Origin: Bacteroidota bacterium
Lineage (GTDB): Bacteria > Bacteroidota > Bacteroidia > B-17B0 > Aurantibacillaceae
Assembly: GCA_016702705.1 (NCBI GenBank)
Contig: JADJDM010000009.1
Location: 58,596-82,595, forward strand
DNA: 24,000 nucleotides
Reading direction: 5' to 3'
Position 1 is the first letter of the stretch; the number at the start of each line of letters is the position of its first letter. The position numbers and the translations under genes are program-made. This document shows positions 16,547 through 24,000 of the stretch, piece by piece. A model generated the notes under the pieces. That model worked only from the letters and a program-made list of their open reading frames with translations, was not told where the DNA came from and ran no database searches.

Positions 16547-16837
16547 ACTACATTTTTTTAAGGTGATTAATAAAATAAGTAAAGCGCTTTACTATCTTTC
16601 GATTTTTAGTGTTGCGCAGCACTTCCAATCAATCGACAATTCAAAAGTATATATAGCACATTCATAAAACTACATTCATCTGTGATGTGGCAGCAACTAT
16701 TTTTTAAGTGGTAGCTTTTAGGTGATATTTGGTAAGAACAGATATTGAGTTGTTGAATTAATGAGTTATTGAATTTATTATCAATTGTATGAAAATTATT
16801 TCTCACTAAATTCATTTGACTTGTAAATCAATAATTC

Positions 16838-16960
16838 AAGGGAATCTCAAGTGATTCATTTATCGAGGCGAACAAAAAATTAAAACGTAGTGTGCTACGG
16901 CACATGAGGCTTTAAATTTTGAAGTTCAACGATGAGAAATGGATTAATTGAGATTCCCTT
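16838..16960. repeat. 123-nt rod-like inverted repeat (MITE-like element or large 3' stem-loop) abutting the stop codon of the upstream OMP gene
   Basis: Perfect 13-bp termini, AAGGGAATCTCAA (16838-16850) and TTGAGATTCCCTT (16948-16960). Inward of these are about 15 further mostly paired positions (with G-U pairs and a few mismatches) and an apical hairpin TGTGC-TACG-GCACA (16891-16904). Confidence 0.6.
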
Positions 16961-19900
16961 AAAAGAAAGCGCGTACTTGTGCTCCACCAATATGTATGAT
17001 GCGGTTTCCAGGGGATTTACGTCCTTCGTAATTAAAGCTTATTTGCAAATAAGCACTTAGGTTTTGTTGGTAATTAAGGTTCCAAGTAAAGTTATCTCCT
17101 GGTTTTAAGGAGTTCAACATTTCGAAAGCAATTGGTGAGTTTAATACATCATTGTATGAAATTCGTAAATAATCGGCACGCAGTATAAAACTTCCTTTTG
17201 ATAGTTTGTTGTATTTTAATTCAAGTAAAATATCATCAATACTTGCTTTTTGATTGCCATATTCTTTTGCGTTTTTTTTCTCACTTCGTTTGTATCCAAT
17301 GCTTGTTCTAAAGGCTGTGTTAGGTTGATAAGAAATACGCGGCTCTGTTTCATAAAACTCAATATTATAATTTCTGTTACCTAAATAGGCGGCAAAAGAG
17401 TTTTTGTTTCCTGCAGTTGAATTAGTAAAAAATCCCCAAGCTTTGGTAAAGTTAATTCGTGTTCTTAATTCGTGTTGTATGGTTGCTCTGCTTTCTAATC
17501 CATTTACTAAAAGTTGCTTTATTTTATTGTCCTGGTAATTATAATCAAAACCACCAATAGCAGAGTTTTGATTGAAGAAAAATGCTTGTCTAAATGATGA
17601 GTTGTTACTCATTAATGTTGAATCGGGAATGCTAGTGTCAAATGGATTGTAAATCCTGTCGTTACTAGTTGCAATCGATTTGTTATCTGTTCTGTAAACT
17701 GTTTGTGTTGAAAAGCGCGACATGAGTTTAACAAACTTATTCGACTTTTCATTTTTAAATACGCTTGGTCGCAAATAAATACTTCCACTAAATTGATTGT
17801 GTGCCGCTTTTACATAGCTATTAGTTGGCGTAAATATTTTAATGAATGTTGCTTGGTCGGTGTATTGGGCAATTTCAAATTCGTTTAGTTCTTTAATTCC
17901 GTTTCCATTATAATCATTCCAATAATATTGTCCTTGCCCCGCTGCAACTTGTATAAAAGAATATTCTTTGCGTTGCTCTAATCCATATCCAATTTCGTAG
18001 AAAATATTTCCTTGAATAAATCCTTTCCAAATTTTTGGAGCATATTCTAATCTACTTAATAAAGTATTATCTGGTTTTGTGCTAATTAAAAGTGAATCTA
18101 ATATTTGTAACTGACGATAAATTACCGTTGTTTTTATTGTGTGATTTCTAATGCTATTGATGTCAGCGCTAAATCCATAGTTTTGCGCATAAGCGGTTGA
18201 TTTAAGCCTGTTGCCACTTGCTTTTTTATCTGTACGCTCACGATAAAAAATTTTAAATACGTTTCCAGTTGTATCTGCTTTGCTAATGTTTCCTTCACGT
18301 TCCCAAAAAGCATAACTATTGGCGAGCACCGAATCTTTTGATTTATAGTTGAATTGGTTTTGTTCTAACTCATCAATGTAACCGAAAGCAACTTTCCTAA
18401 AAACATATTTTGCATTTGTTTTGTGTCGATAAAATTGCGTGTTAGTATTTGTGAATTTATCTTTTGATTGCAAGTATGTTGGATTAAACTGAATGCTTAA
18501 TGGTCCAACTAAATAACTGTTCATTAATTGATGACGGAAACCTTCGTAATTGCCTTCTTCAATAAAAGCATTTCCAGTATAAATGCTTTTCATTTTTCCT
18601 TTTATATCAAAACCAATTTGAGCGCCTGCAATGTGCTGAATGTTTTTGACCGAGTCGTTTCTTCTGTTCCAATCACGTGTAAATTCGATGGCTCTAAAAC
18701 GCTCTATTTGCGAAAAATGTTTGTCGATTACTTCGTAAGAAGCATTTGTAATGATAAATGATTTTGTTTGTGAGCTATCTGTTTTTTTTATTTCGAATTT
18801 TTTATCAAAATTTATTTTACCTCCGTAGCCTTTGTCATCATTACTGTTGGCAGATGAAAAAGTATTGATGTCATTTTTGGTGAGTGCACCTTCCCAAGTT
18901 ATTGCCCCGTTCTTTTTTAGTTTGTATGCGCCAGTGGTTACATACATTTGTTTTTGTTTGGGCGTAACAATAATTACAATAGGTTCATAATTCCCTTGTT
19001 TAATTCCTAAAATAGGTTCTGTCCATTGGTATACTTTTCCATTTGCCAAGCTTTGTATTTGTTTGTAATTTCCATTTCCTTCGCCAACATAACTAAAGCG
19101 TACACGATAAGCAGTGTCGGGCGATGTAGAATATTTATAAATTGGATACGTGCCACTTGCAGCTATGGAATCTAATTTGTCATAAAACACTTCGGTAGTA
19201 TTAAAGTCGGAAACGCTTGCGCCATCTGTAATTGCCAAGCTTAATGTGTCACCAATGTTTCTTAAAAGTAATTTTTCGCTTGCACTTAACTCTTGTTGAA
19301 AGGGTTTGTTTTTATTGTCTTGTTCGCTAAAAATATGAAATCCTAAATCTAAATTTGTCGATTGATATTCTTCTCCAATATAATATAGCGAACGGTTGTA
19401 ATTTCTTTCTGAGTATTGAAATTCAACCGTGATACGTTTATCTTTTGTAATAATTTGTTTTGCTGTAAATGTAATTTCCGAAGTGTTATAATCAATTACA
19501 TACTCATTCTCTTGCCCACGTTGTACAAGCTTTCCATCAATGTAAACTTTTTCCGTTCCAGATAAAACAATAATAAATAATTCGTTATCTGCTCCTCGTA
19601 AACGATAAGGACCTTGGTTGTTTTCAATTCCTATAATAGTATTACGCGCAAACTTTCCTCTTGAAATTGCTCCCGATACTTTAGTGCTAAGTTTGGAAGT
19701 TTTTATTGCATTTGAATCTAAAACAAAATTGTTTTCGAAATATAAACCTTGGGTGCGTTTGTAATAATTCATGAAATAACTCTTTGGCCGGCTCAACTGA
19801 AAATCACCCATAATAAGTTTATTGTTATCATCGCTTAGCTGAATAAAAACCTTATCAAACTCCTGTAATTGCTGTGTATTTCCGTCGGGTTGAATTGGAA

Positions 19901-20441
19901 TGTTATTATCCGTTGCAGCTAATACCAAATCAATATCGTTACTTAATTTACCTGCAACTTGCAAATTCATATTTGAATTTACAACAACATCTTGGTTGTT
20001 TCCAAAACTAATTCCACGTGATATACTACCGTTTTTACTTAATCCATCATTTTGGAAAATAGGAGTAATAGGATTAATTGCATTGTAATTAATAATAAAT
20101 GGATTTTGCCCCAAACTTTGATCTCTGTTAAGCATTGAGATGTCCTTATTAAAATGTTCCTTATTAAAATTAATAGGATACACTTTGTAAGATATGCGAA
20201 CGCTATCGCTAGTGTTTTTTAAAATCAGAAAATTCTTTTTAGAATCGAAAATATAATCTTTGTTAGAAATTAATTTGTTGCCACTTGTAATAATTAAACT
20301 TCCATCGACAATACTTAACGAATCTAAAAAAATTGTGTCTTTACTTGCTTTTAAAAATAAGTTGCGTTGAGAGCCGGTTTGCGCTTTAACTTGTATTACT
20401 ACAATAAAAAAGAATAGTATGGCTTTTATATACTTCAACAC
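16959..20441 (-). CDS. Large (1160 aa) predicted outer-membrane beta-barrel protein, function unknown
   Basis: GTG start, signal peptide (AILFFFIVVIQVKAQ), and Asn/Tyr/Ser/Gly-rich sequence with the alternating pattern typical of beta strands. The C-terminus (...GGAQVRAFF) ends in an aromatic residue, as OMP sorting signals do. Confidence 0.8.
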   Translation of the reverse strand: MLKYIKAILFFFIVVIQVKAQTGSQRNLFLKASKDTIFLDSLSIVDGSLIITSGNKLISNKDYIFDSKKNFLILKNTSDSVRISYKVYPINFNKEHFNKDISMLNRDQSLGQNPFIINYNAINPITPIFQNDGLSKNGSISRGISFGNNQDVVVNSNMNLQVAGKLSNDIDLVLAATDNNIPIQPDGNTQQLQEFDKVFIQLSDDNNKLIMGDFQLSRPKSYFMNYYKRTQGLYFENNFVLDSNAIKTSKLSTKVSGAISRGKFARNTIIGIENNQGPYRLRGADNELFIIVLSGTEKVYIDGKLVQRGQENEYVIDYNTSEITFTAKQIITKDKRITVEFQYSERNYNRSLYYIGEEYQSTNLDLGFHIFSEQDNKNKPFQQELSASEKLLLRNIGDTLSLAITDGASVSDFNTTEVFYDKLDSIAASGTYPIYKYSTSPDTAYRVRFSYVGEGNGNYKQIQSLANGKVYQWTEPILGIKQGNYEPIVIIVTPKQKQMYVTTGAYKLKKNGAITWEGALTKNDINTFSSANSNDDKGYGGKINFDKKFEIKKTDSSQTKSFIITNASYEVIDKHFSQIERFRAIEFTRDWNRRNDSVKNIQHIAGAQIGFDIKGKMKSIYTGNAFIEEGNYEGFRHQLMNSYLVGPLSIQFNPTYLQSKDKFTNTNTQFYRHKTNAKYVFRKVAFGYIDELEQNQFNYKSKDSVLANSYAFWEREGNISKADTTGNVFKIFYRERTDKKASGNRLKSTAYAQNYGFSADINSIRNHTIKTTVIYRQLQILDSLLISTKPDNTLLSRLEYAPKIWKGFIQGNIFYEIGYGLEQRKEYSFIQVAAGQGQYYWNDYNGNGIKELNEFEIAQYTDQATFIKIFTPTNSYVKAAHNQFSGSIYLRPSVFKNEKSNKFVKLMSRFSTQTVYRTDNKSIATSNDRIYNPFDTSIPDSTLMSNNSSFRQAFFFNQNSAIGGFDYNYQDNKIKQLLVNGLESRATIQHELRTRINFTKAWGFFTNSTAGNKNSFAAYLGNRNYNIEFYETEPRISYQPNTAFRTSIGYKRSEKKNAKEYGNQKASIDDILLELKYNKLSKGSFILRADYLRISYNDVLNSPIAFEMLNSLKPGDNFTWNLNYQQNLSAYLQISFNYEGRKSPGNRIIHIGGAQVRAFF

Positions 20442-20494
20442 TTAATAGGGATAACGCAATTTAAAAATACAAAATTGTGTAAATTATATGTAAT

Positions 20495-20526
20495 AATAGG
20501 CAATTTGCGAATTCTGTTTAAATTTG
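20495..20526 (+). promoter_or_regulatory. Candidate Bacteroidota promoter for xth (TTG ... TAAATTTG)
   Basis: TTG at 20495-20497, a 21-nt spacer, then TAAATTTG at 20519-20526 (TAnnTTTG consensus), 17 nt before the ATG. Confidence 0.4.
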
Positions 20527-20542
20527 GAAAAATTAAATTGCA

Positions 20543-21310
20543 ATGCGCAGAATTATAACTTATAACGTAAATGGCATAAGAGCCGCAATGGGAAAGGGAC
20601 TTATTGATTGGATGAAGAGTACTGACCCAGATATTTTATGTGTTCAGGAAATTAAAGCAAGCCCCGAACAAGTTGGTGTGTTTGAGTTTGAGGAGATGGG
20701 TTATCATCATTATTGGTATCCGGCACAAAAAAAAGGGTACAGCGGAGTTGCTATTTTTAGCAAGCAAAAGCCTGATAATGTTGTTTATGGTTGTGGTATA
20801 AAGGAATATGATGATGAGGGAAGATTTATTCGTGCAGATTATGGTGATATTTCGGTGATCAGTGTTTATCATCCAAGTGGTAGTAGTGGTGATGATAGAC
20901 AAGCATTTAAAATGAAGTGGCTGGCAGATTTCGCGAATTACATTGAAGAATTAAGAAGCGAACGACCAAAATTGATTATTTCGGGCGATTACAATATTTG
21001 TCACAAAGCAATTGATATTCACAACCCAAAATCAAATGCAAATACATCTGGTTTTTTACCCGAAGAGCGCGATTGGTTTGATAAATTTGTTGATTTGGGA
21101 TACATTGATACTTTTCGATTTTTTAATCAGGAACCGCACCAATATTCTTGGTGGAGTTACCGTGCCGGTTCAAGGGGCAAAAATTTGGGTTGGCGCATAG
21201 ATTACAATATGGTTACCCAAAATTTGGAGAAAAATCTAAAGCGGTCGGTTATTTTAAATCAAGCGATGCATTCCGATCATTGCCCTGTTATGTTAGAGAT
21301 TGATTTTTAA
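20543..21310 (+). CDS. xth: Exodeoxyribonuclease III (AP endonuclease, EEP family)
   Basis: MRRIITYNVNGIRAA...DILCVQEIKA...GYSGVAIFSK...SGDYNICH...SWWSYRAG...GWRIDY...SDHCPVMLEIDF are the ExoIII family motifs. Confidence 0.92.
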   Translation: MRRIITYNVNGIRAAMGKGLIDWMKSTDPDILCVQEIKASPEQVGVFEFEEMGYHHYWYPAQKKGYSGVAIFSKQKPDNVVYGCGIKEYDDEGRFIRADYGDISVISVYHPSGSSGDDRQAFKMKWLADFANYIEELRSERPKLIISGDYNICHKAIDIHNPKSNANTSGFLPEERDWFDKFVDLGYIDTFRFFNQEPHQYSWWSYRAGSRGKNLGWRIDYNMVTQNLEKNLKRSVILNQAMHSDHCPVMLEIDF

Positions 21311-21322
21311 GTAGTTAATATT

Positions 21323-21373
21323 TACCTTTGATGTAATAAATAGTAGCTTTTTTGCAGAATTCACTTATATTTG
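21323..21373 (+). promoter_or_regulatory. Two candidate -7 boxes upstream of the solute-binding protein gene
   Basis: TACCTTTG (21323-21330) and TATATTTG (21366-21373) both fit TAnnTTTG. I cannot tell which, if either, is used. Confidence 0.3.
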
Positions 21374-21412
21374 CACTTGGCAAAATTATAGTAAACCGAT
21401 TACTTTCCATTT

Positions 21413-23170
21413 ATGAAAAAAATTATAGCATTAGCACTGGCAGTAAGCATCTTCGCTTCATGCGGAGGAGATAAAAAAGAACAAACTTCAACCGAAGCAA
21501 AAGGTGGAGTTTATTACGGTGGAGTTTTTAGAATGAATGAGTTAGAAGATTTCAAAAATCTTTATCCATTATCTACAATTGATGTTGGTTCACATCGTAT
21601 TGCTAATCAAGTTTATGAAGGTTTAGTTAAATTAAATCCAGCTGATTTATCTGTTGTTCCTGGTGTTGCTTATCGTTGGGAAAGTAATGAAACTCAAGAT
21701 GTATGGACATTCCATTTACGTGCAGGCGTTAAGTTTCACGATGACCCTTGTTTTGCTGATGGAAAAGGAAGAGTAGTTACTGCTCAAGATTTTAAATATT
21801 GTTTTGATAAATCGTGTGAGGCAAGTGCAAATAACTCCGCATTTGATATCACATTCAAAAATAAAGTAAAAGGTGCTAACGAAGCATTTGCTGCATCAAA
21901 ATTAAGTAAGAAAGAAGAAAATGTTACGGGTGTTGTTGTTGTAAACGATTCTACCTTAACTATTTCATTAACTACTCCAAATGCAGAGTTTTTAAATGTA
22001 TTATCAACTCCAGGTTGTTATGTTTACCCTAAAGAAGCATTCGTAAAGTACGGTGTTGATATGAGAACTAAGTGCGTTGGTACTGGTCCTTTTATGGTAA
22101 AAACAGTAAAAGAGGGTGAAGTTGTTATCCTTGAAAAAAATAAAAATTATTGGGGTGTTGATGAGCACGGTAATCAATTACCGTATTTAGATGCGATTAA
22201 ATACACTTTCATTAAAGAGAAAAAATCTGAGATGTTAGAGTTTCAACGTGGTAATCTTGATATGGTGTTCCGTATTCCTATCGAGATGTACAAAGAGATT
22301 ATGGGTGACTATCAAAATGCAAACGCTCGTAAAACAGATTTCGAAATACAAACTACTGCTGCTTTAGCAACAAACATGTATGGTCTTTTAGTTACAAGTC
22401 CAGGCTTTGCTAAAAAGGAAGCACGTTTAGCTTTCAACTACGCAATTGATAGAAATAAAATTGTTGATTTTACATTACAAGGTCAAGGTGTTGCAGGTAT
22501 TTACGGTGTTATTCCTCCAGTTGAAGCATTTAAAAAAGCTGGTCTTGATTTCGATGGAATTACTGGTTATACTTATGATGTTGACAAAGCGAAAGCATAT
22601 ATGAAACAAGCAGGTTATCCTGGTGGAGCTGGTTTCCCTAAAATCACATTAACTATTAATAGTGGTGGTGGAGAGCGTAACCAACAAGTTGCTGAAGTAA
22701 TTCAAAAAATGTTAGAAGAAAATATTGGGGTAAAAGTTGAAATTAATGTTGTTCCTTTTGCAGAACAAATTGATGGAATGCAATCAGGAAAACAAGAGTT
22801 TTTCCGTACAGCTTGGATTGCTGATTACCCAGATCCTATTTCTTTCTTATCATTGTTCTACGGTAAAAATGCACCTACATCACCTGAAGAAAAGTCGTTC
22901 ATTAATTTCTCTCGTTTTAAAAGCGATGTATTTGATGCTAAATTTGAAGCAGCAGTTAGAGAAATTGATCAAGCTAAGCGCTATGCATTGTTTAAAGAAT
23001 GCGATCAAATCTTAATTAATGAAGGAGCTTTAATTCCTTTGTTTTATGATGAGAACGATCGTTTAGTACAAAAGAATGTTCGTAATTTTCCAATAAACGC
23101 AATGGAGTACAGAGATTTTTCTAAAGTGTATATTGTACCAAAAGATAAAATGAACACTGCTAAAAAATAA
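21413..23170 (+). CDS. ABC-transporter family-5 (OppA/DppA-like) solute-binding lipoprotein
   Basis: Lipobox IFASCGG, followed by SBP_bac_5-type motifs: YRWESNETQDVWTFHLRAGVKFHD, KNKNYWG, YPGGAGFPKITL, WIADYPDPISFL. Confidence 0.85.
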   Translation: MKKIIALALAVSIFASCGGDKKEQTSTEAKGGVYYGGVFRMNELEDFKNLYPLSTIDVGSHRIANQVYEGLVKLNPADLSVVPGVAYRWESNETQDVWTFHLRAGVKFHDDPCFADGKGRVVTAQDFKYCFDKSCEASANNSAFDITFKNKVKGANEAFAASKLSKKEENVTGVVVVNDSTLTISLTTPNAEFLNVLSTPGCYVYPKEAFVKYGVDMRTKCVGTGPFMVKTVKEGEVVILEKNKNYWGVDEHGNQLPYLDAIKYTFIKEKKSEMLEFQRGNLDMVFRIPIEMYKEIMGDYQNANARKTDFEIQTTAALATNMYGLLVTSPGFAKKEARLAFNYAIDRNKIVDFTLQGQGVAGIYGVIPPVEAFKKAGLDFDGITGYTYDVDKAKAYMKQAGYPGGAGFPKITLTINSGGGERNQQVAEVIQKMLEENIGVKVEINVVPFAEQIDGMQSGKQEFFRTAWIADYPDPISFLSLFYGKNAPTSPEEKSFINFSRFKSDVFDAKFEAAVREIDQAKRYALFKECDQILINEGALIPLFYDENDRLVQKNVRNFPINAMEYRDFSKVYIVPKDKMNTAKK

Positions 23171-23178
23171 AAATTAAA

Positions 23179-23204
23179 CAGCCCCGATTCGGGGCTGTTT
23201 TTTT
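23179..23204 (+). terminator. Intrinsic terminator
   Basis: CAGCCCCG-ATT-CGGGGCTG forms an 8-bp GC stem, followed by T7, 9 nt after the stop codon. Confidence 0.9.
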
Positions 23205-23220
23205 ATATGTTAATTTTATT

Positions 23221-23772
23221 ATGAATAAAATACTTTCTTGTTTGTTAGCTACTAGCATTGTTTTCAGTTCTTGTTCAGAAAAGGAAAAAGATGCCAAGTC
23301 TTATTTTGATGAAGTGATTTCCAAAACAGATTCAGTTGTTGTTGTGTTTAATAGTTTTATTGATGGCTCAACTTATTTTCAAGTTGATTCGTTAAATAAG
23401 TCAATAACTAAAATTGACGCAACCATTAAAGAACAAGGCGCATTAATTGCCAATATGGAAGACTACAAAGGCGATGCTGCTATAAGAATTGCTGCCATTA
23501 CGTTTATCAATCAATTAAGCGAGGTAAGCAATAGTGAGTTTAAAAAGATGGTAAATATTTGTTCTATTTCTGATGCTATTTCTGAACAAGAAAAAAGTAG
23601 TAAGATAGATTCCTTGGCATCGGTGATGGGATTAAAAGTAAATATGGCAAGCAAACCATTTATTAAAGCGCAAACAGAATTTGCAGCAAAAAATAGTATC
23701 AAATTGAATTTCGATTATGAAATTGCACCAGCAATGAAAAATGAGCTGGATACTACTGTACTTGTAAAATAA
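23221..23772 (+). CDS. Hypothetical lipoprotein (183 aa)
   Basis: Lipobox VFSSCSEKEKD. The remainder looks helical and I recognise no domain. Confidence 0.65.
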   Translation: MNKILSCLLATSIVFSSCSEKEKDAKSYFDEVISKTDSVVVVFNSFIDGSTYFQVDSLNKSITKIDATIKEQGALIANMEDYKGDAAIRIAAITFINQLSEVSNSEFKKMVNICSISDAISEQEKSSKIDSLASVMGLKVNMASKPFIKAQTEFAAKNSIKLNFDYEIAPAMKNELDTTVLVK

Positions 23773-23787
23773 ATTTACAGAACTAAA

Positions 23788-24000
23788 CTAGTATTTTGCC
23801 CCACCAATTCCAATCTTTTCAATCGGATGCCAAGTAGTTTTTATTTCTTGCAAATCCATAATTAAATATGGGTTTTGACTTTCAGCTTTTGTCCAATCCT
23901 TTTGCCAAAAGAAAACACGCTTTACATTTAAAGAGCCATTTTCTGCAACTAATTTTTGTTCAGCTGCATTTGTTCTGCAATAAATCATTGCATTAACATC
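23788..24000 (-). CDS. 3' part of a gene whose start lies beyond the window; hypothetical protein
   Basis: The minus-strand frame is open from base 24000 (..DVNAMIYCRTNAAEQKLVAENGS...WHPIEKIGIGGAKY-stop at 23788). The ATG at 23988 in the track is probably internal. Confidence 0.5.
   Translation of the reverse strand, partial: DVNAMIYCRTNAAEQKLVAENGSLNVKRVFFWQKDWTKAESQNPYLIMDLQEIKTTWHPIEKIGIGGAKY

Noticed and set aside
16606-16815. 69-aa ORF in the tonB upstream gap
   Set aside because: The translation is Asn/Ile/Cys-rich and junk-like with no start context. The region looks non-coding and regulatory.
21413-23170. Orphan family-5 solute-binding protein with no adjacent permease or ATPase genes, as a possible novel system
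   Set aside because: As far as I know, stand-alone SBP_bac_5 lipoproteins are not unusual in Bacteroidota. A strong terminator follows this one and nothing nearby suggests a system.
23179-23204. Terminator hairpin GCCCCGATTCGGGGC resembling the outer REP hairpin GCCCCGATGGGGC
   Set aside because: It is isolated, sits directly after a stop codon and has a T7 tail, so it is fully explained as an intrinsic terminator. The similarity is limited to a short GC stem. Whether it is REP-derived could only be settled with a genome-wide REP census.

Overview
AT-rich chromosomal segment that looks like Bacteroidota (Flavobacteriia/Sphingobacteriia-like). Supporting signs are TAnnTTTG -7 promoter boxes, a CarboxypepD_reg-type TonB-dependent receptor, a fused E1 alpha/beta dehydrogenase and many SpII-type lipoproteins. 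Most of the window is ordinary housekeeping: fused 2-oxoacid dehydrogenase E1, a flotillin/SPFH protein, a HutD-family protein, leuS, a TPR-SpoIIE phosphatase, tonB, a 1160-aa outer-membrane protein, xth and a family-5 solute-binding lipoprotein. Four spots are not ordinary. (1) leuS is interrupted, in frame, by a 441-bp (147-codon) cassette at 12173-12613. The cassette encodes a DUF559/Vsr-like endonuclease domain and is bracketed by GC-rich hairpin-forming inverted repeats that are themselves translated. One in-frame TAA inside the cassette splits this essential gene into 360-aa and 746-aa ORFs in the same frame. This is the strongest candidate for something undescribed. (2) Just downstream of leuS lies a compact RAYT/IS200-like Y1 transposase (9471-10080). 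It is flanked by 71-bp inverted REP-hairpin doublets and has ATA where the family normally has its ATG. (3) A TPP riboswitch with two unusually large insertions precedes a TonB-dependent receptor whose frame is broken by an apparent 1-nt deletion. (4) A 123-nt rod-like inverted repeat abuts the stop codon of the 1160-aa OMP gene. I saw no rRNA, tRNA or CRISPR array. All calls come from reading the sequence and ORF track only; no searches were run.
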